A stretch of 64,000 nucleotides of DNA from Patescibacteria group bacterium (GTDB lineage Bacteria > Patescibacteriota > Patescibacteriia > UM-FILTER-42-10). The position numbers and the translations under genes are program-made. Of the stretch, positions 31,595 through 40,715 are shown piece after piece (the first letter of the stretch is position 1; each line of letters begins with the position of its first letter). The DNA is taken from assembly GCA_041664365.1 (NCBI GenBank), contig JBAYKW010000001.1, positions 7,168 through 71,167 of the forward strand, in the 5' to 3' direction. The notes beneath the pieces were generated by a model, which saw only the letters and a program-made list of their open reading frames with translations, was not told the DNA's origin and did not search any database.

Positions 31595-31699
31595 AAAGCT
31601 TTAAGGTTGAACTCCGTGGTCAGTACATTGCTTCTAGATGTATTTAACTCCGGAAACTTAAATCTTCAATCGAAAATCTCATAACTTAAATCTATCAAA

Positions 31700-32125
31700 A
31701 TGGCAAAGAAAATAAAGACAGTCATCAAACTACAAATTCAGGCGGGAAAAGCAAATCCAGCGCCTCCGGTCGGGCCGGCATTAGGCCAGCACGGCTTAAA
31801 TATCCAGGAATTCTGTACTAAATTCAATAACGAAACAAAGGATCTCGGCGGAGATATTATTCCGGTTGAAATCACTGTATTTGAAGACAGGACTTATTCC
31901 TTTATCCTTAAGACACCACCGGCAGCAGAACTACTCAAAAAAGCGGCTGGTATTCAAAAGGGCTCCAGTAATTCATTGATCACCAAAGTGGGCAAAGTAA
32001 CCAAAGCGCAAATCAAGGAAATAGCCGAAAAGAAAATGCCGGATCTGAATGCCAATGACATCGAAGGTGCGATGAAAATTATTGAAGGTACTGCCCGTCA
32101 AATGGGGCTTACAGTCGAAAAATAA
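31700..32125 (+). CDS. rplK: 50S ribosomal protein L11
   Basis: 141 aa; [24 protein letters not shown]. Confidence 0.9.
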   Translation: MAKKIKTVIKLQIQAGKANPAPPVGPALGQHGLNIQEFCTKFNNETKDLGGDIIPVEITVFEDRTYSFILKTPPAAELLKKAAGIQKGSSNSLITKVGKVTKAQIKEIAEKKMPDLNANDIEGAMKIIEGTARQMGLTVEK

Positions 32126-32144
32126 TTATTAATCGACAAATTCA

Positions 32145-33029
32145 ATGGATGAACAACAACCAAGTAAGCAAAAAAAAGGGAATCTAATCAGACACATATA
32201 TTTTTATATTGCGTCATTTATTACTCTGGCACTGGTTGTCGGTTCTTTGATTGCATTAATCAACCTGGGTTTGAAAACATGGGTATTTTCTGATGCCAAT
32301 AATGATCCGTATCGTGTCGGACCACCACCCGTACTCTATTTCAATTCGGATGTAGATCCGAAAGCGATTGAGGATGCTGATGGCATAGACTGCGCAGAGG
32401 AATGCCAGATTACAGATGATAATAAGACCATCATTAGTTCCTGGGAAGATAGCTATGCGATCTGGAAGGAAACAGCCGAGAATCCTAATTATCAGAATTC
32501 ACGTTCCGCAGTTGCCGCGCTGTCATTCCTGATTATCGCGCTACCGATATTTATTATCCATTTCCGATCCGTGCAGAAAGATGCCAAGAAAGAGGGCAAT
32601 TCAACTGTTATGCGCCCAATTTATTTCTACTTAGTGTCTTTGGGAGCACTGTTAATGTTTGTGATTGCTGGTGGTATAATGATCAACCTAGTTTTGAAAA
32701 CCTGGATTTTCCCGGCCGCATCAGAAGCTGACAGATTGAACCAGAAAGTATACAGTCAGGAGAATTCCATGGTTATGGAAAAAGGCACTGTACAAAGCAT
32801 TATTGACTGCGCGGAAAAGTGCCAGCTTGAAGAAGCGACTGTTACGAACGCTAAAGGATGGCTGGTTGATTACGAAACTTGGCAGAATTTATCCCAAACT
32901 TCATTTGATAATACTCAAACTGAAGCCGCACGCAATCTACCGTTTATCCTTTTAGGTATCCCGTTGTTCTGGTACCATTGGCGGACTGTGCGCAGGGAAC
33001 AGGAATCTCATAAAAAATTAGAAGAATAA
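32145..33029 (+). CDS. membrane protein with internal tandem duplication (2 x [TM-TM-CAEEC/CAEKC-TM])
   Basis: Two homologous halves: IRHIYFYIASFITL…DCAEECQ… and MRPIYFYLVSLGAL…DCAEKCQ…. Inserted between rplK and rplA. Confidence 0.55.
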   Translation: MDEQQPSKQKKGNLIRHIYFYIASFITLALVVGSLIALINLGLKTWVFSDANNDPYRVGPPPVLYFNSDVDPKAIEDADGIDCAEECQITDDNKTIISSWEDSYAIWKETAENPNYQNSRSAVAALSFLIIALPIFIIHFRSVQKDAKKEGNSTVMRPIYFYLVSLGALLMFVIAGGIMINLVLKTWIFPAASEADRLNQKVYSQENSMVMEKGTVQSIIDCAEKCQLEEATVTNAKGWLVDYETWQNLSQTSFDNTQTEAARNLPFILLGIPLFWYHWRTVRREQESHKKLEE

Positions 33030-33090
33030 ATAATAATTAACTTGTGGGACCTCGGCAAAACCGGGGGTTTGCACCACGAAGGGAAATACA

Positions 33091-33774
33091 ATGACCAAAA
33101 AAAGTAAGCGTTATATCGAAGCAAGCAAGAAAATCGACAAAACTAAGGTCTATCCGATAGCGGAAGCGATTAATATTATCAGAGAAACATCTACCACCAA
33201 GTTTGATTCTTCGGTGGAGGTGCACATCAGTCTGGGAATCGATACCAAGAAAGCGGATCAAATGATCAGAGGAACCTTTTTGATCCCTCATGGTTTGGGT
33301 AAAAAACTACGGATTGCAGCTTTTGTATCTCCGGAAAAAGAAAAAGAAGCGAAAGAGGCAGGTGCGGATATTATCGGCGATGAATCAGTGATTAAAGAGA
33401 TAAAATCCACCAAAAAATGCGATTTTGACATTGCTATTGCTGAACCGCAGATTATGAAAAATTTGGGCAGTATTGCCAAAATTCTGGGTCAGAAAGGCTT
33501 AATGCCAAACCCTAAAACCGATACCATTACCAAAGATGTGAAGAAAACTATTTCCGAATTAGTATCCGGCAAAGCTATGTACCGTTCCGATGATTCCGGT
33601 AATGTACACCAGATGATCGGCAAGGTATCTTTTGATGATCAGAAACTGAAAGAGAATTTTGAAGTACTGATGGATGCGATTAAAAAAGCCAGACCGGAGT
33701 CACTGAAAGGTTCATACATTAAGCAGGTCCATATGGCGAGTTCCATGGGACCAAGCGTAAAAGTAGCTTTTTAA
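33091..33774 (+). CDS. rplA: 50S ribosomal protein L1
   Basis: 227 aa, L1 family. Confidence 0.9.
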   Translation: MTKKSKRYIEASKKIDKTKVYPIAEAINIIRETSTTKFDSSVEVHISLGIDTKKADQMIRGTFLIPHGLGKKLRIAAFVSPEKEKEAKEAGADIIGDESVIKEIKSTKKCDFDIAIAEPQIMKNLGSIAKILGQKGLMPNPKTDTITKDVKKTISELVSGKAMYRSDDSGNVHQMIGKVSFDDQKLKENFEVLMDAIKKARPESLKGSYIKQVHMASSMGPSVKVAF

Positions 33775-33797
33775 CCATAAACTTTAGGGAGAGGAAT

Positions 33798-34340
33798 ATG
33801 GAAAAAGAAACCAAAAAACATGTTCGCCCGTCGTGGGATGATTATTTCATGGCGATTGCAAAAATTATCGGAACACGCAGTACTTGTGACCGCCTTTATC
33901 AAGGCGCTGTTTTGGTTAAAGACCGGAGAATTATTTCCACCGGCTATAACGGTTCGCCTCCCGGTCTGCCGCACTGTGATGATATAGGGCATCTAATGGA
34001 AGAGGGGCACTGCGTCAGAACCATTCACGGAGAACACAATGCTATTCTTCAGGCTGCCACAATTTCGGGAACAAATACTCAAGGGTCGATATTGTATATG
34101 AAATACAGCCCCTGCATACATTGCACAAAATATATTATTGCCGCTGGCATTAAAAAAGTTGTGATGGGAAAAGTATACCGCAATTCGAAAGTAGTGGATT
34201 TCCTTAAAGAAGCGGGGATTGAAGTGGAGGTCTATCAGGAAAATAAAGAATGGCAGGAACAATTGCAGGAAATATTTGCGGAAGAGATAGAAGTAATGAA
34301 ACCGGATGAGGGTGATGTGGAAATGAAAACCAAAAAATAA
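33798..34340 (+). CDS. dCMP deaminase (ComEB/cytidine-deoxycytidylate deaminase family)
   Basis: Zinc motifs HAEHNAILQAA and PCIHCTKYII. Confidence 0.8.
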   Translation: MEKETKKHVRPSWDDYFMAIAKIIGTRSTCDRLYQGAVLVKDRRIISTGYNGSPPGLPHCDDIGHLMEEGHCVRTIHGEHNAILQAATISGTNTQGSILYMKYSPCIHCTKYIIAAGIKKVVMGKVYRNSKVVDFLKEAGIEVEVYQENKEWQEQLQEIFAEEIEVMKPDEGDVEMKTKK

Positions 34341-34352
34341 TAGATTATCTAC

Positions 34353-34895
34353 ATGGACAGACAAGTTCTTGGATTCACAGGACTGATCGCAAGCGGAAAA
34401 GGTACCGCTTGCAAATATCTGAGCGAAAAATACGGAGCCGAAAGTTTCCGTTTTTCGACTATTCTGCGGGATGTGGCGGACCGGGTGTATTTACCGCAGA
34501 CCAGGGAAAACCTGCAGAATATTTCTCAAGTGCTGAGAGAAAACTTTTCCCAGGATATTTTATCGAAAGCAATCGCTGAGGATGTGAAAAAAGCCAAAGT
34601 AGATGTGATAGTAATTGACGGTGTCCGGCGTTGGACGGATATTGAACATCTGAAAGCGATCCCGGGATTCAAACTGGTCAGCCTGCAGGTAGATGCGAAA
34701 ACCCGTTATGAACGGCTCGTAAAAAGGGCGGAAAATCCTGGTGATGAATTAAAAACTTGGGAGGAATTTCAGAAAGACAGCGCAGCGGAAGCGGAAGTAC
34801 ATATTCAAGAAATGATTGAAAAAGCAGATGTGATTATTGATAATAACGGAACGATGGAAGATTTTAATAAACAATTAGATAATCTGCTCGGATGA
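34353..34895 (+). CDS. P-loop nucleotide/nucleoside kinase family protein (adenylate/cytidylate/dNMP kinase-like)
   Basis: P-loop GLIASGKGT. 180 aa. Sits inside the thymidylate-metabolism gene block. Confidence 0.45.
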   Translation: MDRQVLGFTGLIASGKGTACKYLSEKYGAESFRFSTILRDVADRVYLPQTRENLQNISQVLRENFSQDILSKAIAEDVKKAKVDVIVIDGVRRWTDIEHLKAIPGFKLVSLQVDAKTRYERLVKRAENPGDELKTWEEFQKDSAAEAEVHIQEMIEKADVIIDNNGTMEDFNKQLDNLLG

Positions 34896-35314
34896 AGATA
34901 AAAATAAAGCGACTACATCCGGATTTGCAGATCCCAAAGTACGCACACCCGGGCGATGCTGGAATGGATATTTATTCCTTGGAAGAGATAACATTAAAGC
35001 CGGGTAAAAGACATCATTTTAAAACCGGGTTTGCCCTGGAATTACCGGAAGGATACGTGGCATTGGTCTGGGATAAAAGCGGGCTGGCTTCAAAATACGG
35101 AATCACTAGTTTTGGCGGGGTGATTGAATATACTTATCGTGGTGAATACGGAGTAGTTTTATATAATGCCGGCGAGGAGGATTTTGTCATTAACAAGGGG
35201 GATAAAATCGCACAACTTTTAATTCAAAAAATTGAAACAGCGGAAATTGAGGAAGTGGATGAACTCTCTGAATCACCCAGGGGTGAAGGCGGATTTGGAA
35301 GTACGGGCAAGTAG
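34892..35314 (+). CDS. dut: dUTP diphosphatase (dUTPase)
   Basis: Motifs AHPGDAGMD, GVIEYTYRGE and C-terminal RGEGGFGSTG. Confidence 0.8.
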   Translation: MKIKIKRLHPDLQIPKYAHPGDAGMDIYSLEEITLKPGKRHHFKTGFALELPEGYVALVWDKSGLASKYGITSFGGVIEYTYRGEYGVVLYNAGEEDFVINKGDKIAQLLIQKIETAEIEEVDELSESPRGEGGFGSTGK

Positions 35315-35315
35315 A

Positions 35316-35360
35316 TTAGGGTTTAGGGATTAGGGAGTAGGTGGCGAGCTTGCTCGCCTT
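35316..35360. repeat. telomere-like G-rich repeat TTAGGG-TTTAGGG-ATTAGGG-AGTAGG followed by 7-bp palindrome ggcgagc-tt-gctcgcc
   Basis: Four G-runs in 30 nt (G-quadruplex-capable on the + strand) in the dut-thyA spacer. Confidence 0.4.
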
Positions 35361-35396
35361 ATAAATAAGAAGCATCAAGTTGAATTTTAGATAGTA

Positions 35397-36296
35397 ATGA
35401 AACAATATCTCGATTTATTACAAACGATTGTTGACAAGGGTGTCGATAAATCCGACCGCACCGGAACGGGAACGCGCAGTCATTTTGGCTATCAAATGCG
35501 GGTGAATCTACAGGACGGGTTCCCGCTTTTAACCACCAAAAAAATGTTTGTGAAAGGAATAATTCACGAACTGCTTTGGTTTCTAACCGGTGATACGAAT
35601 ATCAAATATCTGGTGGACCGAGGAGTAAAAATATGGAATGAATGGCCGTACGAAACATATAAGGCAAGTTCGGAATATCAGAATGAATCGCTGGACGAAT
35701 TTGTGGAAAAAATAAAATCAGAAACAAGTTTTGCGGAAAAATGGGGAGACTTAGGTCCGGTTTACGGCAAGCAGTGGATCCGCTGGGAAGCGCCGGACGG
35801 AACAAAAATCAACCAGATTCAGAACGCGGTGGATATGATTAAATCTAATCCGGATTCCAGAAGGATTCTGGTCAGCGGGTGGAACGTAGCGGATATCCAA
35901 AGTTTAGTTCAAGGTAAGAAATCTGCTCCGCCACTCTGCCATACCGTGTTTCAGTTTTACGTAGTAAACGGCAGATTATCCTGCCAGCTTTATCAGCGCA
36001 GTGCCGATGTATTTTTAGGCGTGCCTTTTAATATTGCCTCATATTCGCTACTCACGATGATGATGGCGCAGGTGACCGGACTTGAGTCGGGAGATTTCAT
36101 CCATACGTTCGGGGATGTACACATTTATAATAATCACATGGATCAGGTAAAACTCCAGCTTTCCCGCTCCCCGAAGAAACTTCCGGTGATGAAAATAAAT
36201 CCGGATGTTAAGGATATATTTCAATTTAAGTTTGAAGATTTTTCTCTAGAGGATTATGACCCGCATCCGAGGATTGTCGCCCAAATAGCTGTTTAG
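35397..36296 (+). CDS. thyA: thymidylate synthase (ThyA)
   Basis: Core motifs [38 protein letters not shown]. 299 aa. Confidence 0.9.
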   Translation: MKQYLDLLQTIVDKGVDKSDRTGTGTRSHFGYQMRVNLQDGFPLLTTKKMFVKGIIHELLWFLTGDTNIKYLVDRGVKIWNEWPYETYKASSEYQNESLDEFVEKIKSETSFAEKWGDLGPVYGKQWIRWEAPDGTKINQIQNAVDMIKSNPDSRRILVSGWNVADIQSLVQGKKSAPPLCHTVFQFYVVNGRLSCQLYQRSADVFLGVPFNIASYSLLTMMMAQVTGLESGDFIHTFGDVHIYNNHMDQVKLQLSRSPKKLPVMKINPDVKDIFQFKFEDFSLEDYDPHPRIVAQIAV

Positions 36297-36297
36297 G

Positions 36298-36825
36298 ATG
36301 ACGGGAAGAAAAAAATATCTGAATCTTGATATAAAAATTATGTCCAAGTCTCATATCAATATCATCTGCGCTTTATCCGAAAACCACGCCATCGGTCGGA
36401 ACGGCAAACTGTTATGGAGTATTCCGGAAGATCTAGCAAGGTTTAAAGAGATTACAACAGGACATCCGATAATTATGGGACGAAAAACCCATGAATCGAT
36501 CGGGAGACCATTGCCGAACCGTACAAATATCATCATATCGCGCAACCTGAAAGCGACTAAAGGCGGGTTCGTATCTTCATCTCTGGAAAATGCAATAGAA
36601 TTTGCATCGAAGCAGGAAGGCGGGGACGAAATATTTATAATCGGTGGTGGGGAGATTTACAAACAGGCACTGCCACTCGCGGATAAACTGTATCTGACTG
36701 TCGTTAAAGGCGATTATGATGGGGACACTTTTTTTCCTGATTATTCCGCATTTGAAAAAGTTACGGTGAAAGGTAACGGAAGGCACGAAAATTTTCAATT
36801 TACATTTTTAGAACTGGAAAAATAA
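36298..36825 (+). CDS. folA: dihydrofolate reductase (alternative start 36343 MSKSHINIICA…)
   Basis: Motifs INIICALSENHAIGRNGKLLW and PIIMGRKTHESIG. Confidence 0.8.
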   Translation: MTGRKKYLNLDIKIMSKSHINIICALSENHAIGRNGKLLWSIPEDLARFKEITTGHPIIMGRKTHESIGRPLPNRTNIIISRNLKATKGGFVSSSLENAIEFASKQEGGDEIFIIGGGEIYKQALPLADKLYLTVVKGDYDGDTFFPDYSAFEKVTVKGNGRHENFQFTFLELEK

Positions 36826-37502
36826 TGTTAAAAGGCAAGCTGATTGTTTTAGACGGAACGGACGGGTCCGGTAAAAAGACCCAGACGGATTTATTGTTGG
36901 CGCGTTTAGAACAGGAGGGAATCGGCAAAGAATACGCGGATTTTCCGAGATACGGAAAGCGTTCCGCCGCGATGGTGGAGGATTATTTGAACGGAGAGTT
37001 CGGCAAAGCGGACGAAGTTAATCCTCACACGGCCTCGCTTTTTTACGCTTTGGACCGTTATGCTGCCAGTAAGGATTTATACAGAAGTCTAATTGATGGA
37101 AAGATTGTTATCGCCAACCGGTATGTATCATCCAATATGGGGCATCAGGGCGGAAAAATCAAAGATGATAAGGACAGAGAAAAGTATTTTGATTGGCTTG
37201 ATAACATGGAATATAACATGCTTGGAATTCCGAGGCCAAATGCTACAATTCTGCTTTATGTCCCGGCCAGAATCGCGCAAGGACTGGTTGCGAAAAAAGA
37301 AGCGAGGGAATATTTGAAAGGCAAAACGCATGATATTCATGAAGAGGATTTGAATCACCTAGAAAACGCGGAAAAAACCTATCTGGAAGCGGCAAAGAAA
37401 TACGGTTTTCAGATTGTGGAATGCGTGGAAAATGGCGAACTGCTTTCCCGCGATGCAATTCATGAAAAGGTGTGGGAAATAGTATCAGGATTGATCAAAT
37501 AG
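36825..37502 (+). CDS. tmk: thymidylate kinase
   Basis: P-loop LIVLDGTDGSGKKTQ. Confidence 0.85.
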   Translation: MLKGKLIVLDGTDGSGKKTQTDLLLARLEQEGIGKEYADFPRYGKRSAAMVEDYLNGEFGKADEVNPHTASLFYALDRYAASKDLYRSLIDGKIVIANRYVSSNMGHQGGKIKDDKDREKYFDWLDNMEYNMLGIPRPNATILLYVPARIAQGLVAKKEAREYLKGKTHDIHEEDLNHLENAEKTYLEAAKKYGFQIVECVENGELLSRDAIHEKVWEIVSGLIK

Positions 37503-37520
37503 CCCCGGCGTGGGAGCGAC

Positions 37521-37556
37521 TTGACAGATATTTCTAATATGCGCTAGTGTATAATT
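37521..37556 (+). promoter_or_regulatory. TTGACA plus TGTATAAT (extended -10-like) element at left edge of GC-rich island
   Basis: TTGACA at 37521-37526; TATAAT at 37550-37555 is preceded by TG. The 23-nt spacer is non-canonical. Confidence 0.25.
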
Positions 37557-37697
37557 ACATAGTAAGAAAATATTGGGCGGCCTAAAGGTCGTTTATTTTA
37601 TTTAGAGGAGGGTTTTCTAGATCACTAGCTGAGATTGTTTTGGCTGGTGATTTGGGGAATAGCCCTTTGACAATTGGCTCTGACGAAAGGGGAGATT

Positions 37698-38240
37698 ATG
37701 TACCGACTTGCGAGGATTTGCATGCTTGGTTGTGTGCTACTTTTACTGGTGACTGTCGATGCAAGCGCACAGTATGTGCTTGCCCGGTCAGTTGTCGGTG
37801 CAGGGCACGGACCTAGCACAAGCGGTCAATGGACGCTTCAAGCGTCACTTGGCCAGAGTGTTTCCAGTCGGGCAGGCGGGATGGTTTTTCTGGTCCACTT
37901 CGGTTACTGGAATGAGATCAGTGTCGTTTCCGGTGTTGATATCCCTCTGGTGCCGATGTCGACTTCACTTGACCAGAACTATCCCAATCCCTTCAACCCA
38001 GCTACGGTGATTCCATTCTCCATCGGAGGCAGCGAACCTGAGCAGGTTTCACTTCGCATCTACAACCTGCGCGGCGCTCTAGTGCGGGAACTGACCACGG
38101 GCTCTTGCCTCCCCGGATTCTACAAAATCCAGTGGGATGGTACTGATACCCAAGGGTTACAGGTTGCGACGGGCGTTTACTTCGTCCGGCTCGTGACAAA
38201 CCACGAAACCTTCAGCAGGAAACTCCTGCTGGTCAAGTAA
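37698..38240 (+). CDS. GC-rich secreted protein with type IX secretion system (Por) C-terminal sorting domain
   Basis: AAGGGGAG RBS and a signal peptide. CTD motifs LDQNYPNPFNPATVIPFSI, VSLRIYNLRGALVREL, IQWDGTDTQG and GVYFVRLVTNHETFSRKLLLVK at the extreme C-terminus. Confidence 0.65.
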   Translation: MYRLARICMLGCVLLLLVTVDASAQYVLARSVVGAGHGPSTSGQWTLQASLGQSVSSRAGGMVFLVHFGYWNEISVVSGVDIPLVPMSTSLDQNYPNPFNPATVIPFSIGGSEPEQVSLRIYNLRGALVRELTTGSCLPGFYKIQWDGTDTQGLQVATGVYFVRLVTNHETFSRKLLLVK

Positions 38241-38252
38241 GGGAGAAACGGA

Positions 38253-40499
38253 ATGAAGACATTCGGCATTCTTATGGTGGCACTGCTTGTGGCAGTCGCG
38301 GCACTTGCTGCCGTACCCGCGCAGGTGTCATACCAGGGACAGCTCACGAACGCCGGTGCTCCGGCTTCCGGCGAGCTCGTCTTTGCTTTCCGCATCTTTG
38401 ACCAGAACACTGCCGGATCACTCCTCTGGAGCGACACCGACACGCTGACCGTCACGAACGGTTTGTTCGATGCATACCTCGGCTCCAACACGCCTCTGCC
38501 GAAGGAAATTTTCACCGGAGCCGCGCTCTGGCTGGAGATCGACGTGGCGGGTGAAACTCTAGAGCCGCGCCAGCAGATCGTGACGGTTCCTTACGCCTTC
38601 CGTTCAGCCATGTCTGATACTGCGATCGTCGCGCTCAACGCGAGCGGTGGCGAGTCTCTGTGGGAGACGAACGGCACGGACGTGTACCGGCCGACGGGGA
38701 ATGTTGGGATTGGGACTAATAATCCCACAAGTAATCTGGATATTCGTGGGATTGTCCAAGTTGTTGATGAAGCATCTCCTGACACGAAGGACTATGCCAG
38801 TCTTGGTGTTACGAGGGCGAATGTCGCAACCAACAACAGCTACATTGGACTTACTAAGCAGTCAATTGTTCCCTGGGGCATTGGCATCAGCAGTACAGAA
38901 AAGTTCATTGTTGGCGTTGCATCAAGTAACCCGGCAAGGACGATTCCGGCTCCGCTTTTGACCATTGAACCTTTCACTGGTAACGTCGGCATCGGAACAA
39001 CAAGTCCGATACAAGAACTGGATGTGGCTGGAACGATTTATTCCAGCAAGGTGAAGTCCAATACTCCTCTGGATGATGAATTCTCCGGGAGTAACGGATA
39101 TTGGGGGCTGAGAACCGACACTTCCAACAGGTTCAACCTGGATGTCTATAATGGTGGTAGCCCCAAAGCGGCAATCACAGTTACAAACACTGGAGATGTC
39201 GGCATTGGGACGACGGTACCAGGAAGAAAATTAGATGTAAATGGACAAATCTACAGCTCTGTTGCGGCATCGGATATTATCAATTCCGGTGGTAACTTCT
39301 TGGGAAGCGGGGGATACTGGAGTTTTAGAACTGGAGTTGATAATCGAATGGGGTTAGATGTCTACAACGGAGGATCATCACTTGAAGCTCTAACTGTCTT
39401 ACAGAATGGCAAGGTCGGCATCGGGACCACTTCGCCGGCCTACACACTGGACGTCAACGGCACGATTCACGCCACGAACATCATCGCCGACAGCTTCGAC
39501 GACGGTGATTGGACGATCGGGAGTGGGGTGCTCTGGACGAACGACAAGGTCGGGATCAATCTGTCTTCACCGAGTTACCCGCTTCATGTTCAGGAGAGCA
39601 GTTCAGCAGACAACAAGCGAGCTGTTTACGGTAAAGAAACTGCGACTTCTGGTAACGTGTTCGGCGTTTACGGGGAGACTCTATCAAACGCAAGGAGTAC
39701 AACCGACACTCCGGAACGTTCGAGTGGCAGTGCAGCTGGGGTCTATGGACTCTCAAGCAGAACGGGTGCGGTCGGCGATGTGTTCGGAGTGCTTGGAGAA
39801 ATCCGGGGAGAAGGAGGGGATGGACCTACTCCGGACTTTGCTGCAGGAGTCTACGGCGTCAGCTATGCAACAACTGGCAAGTCAGCTGGTGTCATCGGTG
39901 ATTCCAAATCTGCAAGCAACTACGGTGCTGGCGTGTTCGGTGTCAACAGCTCCACCAGTGGAGCTACGCGGGGAGTGTGGGGCGAGGTACACTCACACGA
40001 TGGTGCTGGTGTTTATGGTCGCAATGTAGATGAAGATACGCACGTACTCTACACGGCAGGGTATTTCGAAGGAAACCTTGAAGTGCTCGGCACATCCACT
40101 ATGGCGGCCACACTCTATGTTCCGGACATCGCTCAGTACGCTGACACCAAGGACGGCATGGTGCAGTCCTACGGCATGACGTCGGCGTCGCCCATGGTTT
40201 CCGACCAGGGTTTCGCCGAACTGCGGAACGGCACTGTCCGGGTAACGCTGGATGACACGTTCTTTGAACTCATCTCCGAGACCGAGGAGCCGCATGTGCA
40301 GGTGACGCCTTACGGTCCGACCGGGCAATTGTGGGTGGAAACGCACACTGACGGTTTCACCATCCACGATCCCATCGGATCCTCCGCGAAGGTGGCGTAC
40401 ACCGTGACGGCGGTAAGACGCGGCAAGGAGGGAGTCCGTCTCGAACAAGTTGACCCGCAGACCTCGGAGCGTCTGAGGGAATTGGAATCCGCTCGGTAA
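38253..40499 (+). CDS. GC-rich tail-fibre-like / cell-surface repeat protein
   Basis: Signal peptide. At least four repeats of G(N/D/K)VGIGT(T/N)xP…LDVxG(T/Q)I. The N-terminal VSYQGQL…FRIFD…LWSDT…VTNGLF module is seen in Bacteroidota tail-fibre-domain proteins. 748 aa. Confidence 0.6.
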   Translation: MKTFGILMVALLVAVAALAAVPAQVSYQGQLTNAGAPASGELVFAFRIFDQNTAGSLLWSDTDTLTVTNGLFDAYLGSNTPLPKEIFTGAALWLEIDVAGETLEPRQQIVTVPYAFRSAMSDTAIVALNASGGESLWETNGTDVYRPTGNVGIGTNNPTSNLDIRGIVQVVDEASPDTKDYASLGVTRANVATNNSYIGLTKQSIVPWGIGISSTEKFIVGVASSNPARTIPAPLLTIEPFTGNVGIGTTSPIQELDVAGTIYSSKVKSNTPLDDEFSGSNGYWGLRTDTSNRFNLDVYNGGSPKAAITVTNTGDVGIGTTVPGRKLDVNGQIYSSVAASDIINSGGNFLGSGGYWSFRTGVDNRMGLDVYNGGSSLEALTVLQNGKVGIGTTSPAYTLDVNGTIHATNIIADSFDDGDWTIGSGVLWTNDKVGINLSSPSYPLHVQESSSADNKRAVYGKETATSGNVFGVYGETLSNARSTTDTPERSSGSAAGVYGLSSRTGAVGDVFGVLGEIRGEGGDGPTPDFAAGVYGVSYATTGKSAGVIGDSKSASNYGAGVFGVNSSTSGATRGVWGEVHSHDGAGVYGRNVDEDTHVLYTAGYFEGNLEVLGTSTMAATLYVPDIAQYADTKDGMVQSYGMTSASPMVSDQGFAELRNGTVRVTLDDTFFELISETEEPHVQVTPYGPTGQLWVETHTDGFTIHDPIGSSAKVAYTVTAVRRGKEGVRLEQVDPQTSERLRELESAR

Positions 40500-40527
40500 C
40501 ACGAGTGTGAGAATTGAACATAAGTGA

Positions 40528-40580
40528 CATGCGTTTTCTGTACAACATGCATATGTTGGCCGGGGAGCGCATTTTTTTAT
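40528..40580 (+). terminator. terminator-like region (atgcg…cgcat outer stem, caacat-gcat-atgttg inner hairpin) + ATTTTTTTATT
   Basis: GC-rich stems and then a T7 tract after the tail-fibre-like gene. Confidence 0.3.
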
Positions 40581-40605
40581 TGAACAAAGTGTAATTAGTG
40601 TCATG

Positions 40606-40654
40606 CTGAATTTATTTCAATATCTATTAATGAGAGATTCTGAAATAAATTCAG
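40606..40654. repeat. 14-bp perfect inverted repeat ctgaatttatttca / tgaaataaattcag (21-nt spacer) upstream of gatB
   Basis: Arms at 40606-40619 and 40641-40654. TATATGATA follows at 40695-40703, 13 nt before the gatB ATG, with no SD (short-leader or leaderless transcript?). Confidence 0.5.
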
Positions 40655-40715
40655 AATGACGATTAGAAAATTGGTATTATTGAGCTTATTGGTGTGTATA
40701 TGATACAATTACCCC

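Noticed and set aside
37660-37700. TTGACA 25 nt upstream of the T9SS-CTD gene ATG as its promoter
   Set aside because: Spacing leaves no room for a -10 and 5' UTR (the AAGGGGAG RBS occupies the interval). It is likely coincidental, and the real promoter is probably the TTGACA/TGTATAAT element at 37521-37556 or further upstream.
39406-40604. ORFs 39406..40029(+) and 39993..40604(-) within the tail-fibre-like gene
   Set aside because: Same shadow-ORF reasoning; they lie in alternative frames of the 748-aa gene.
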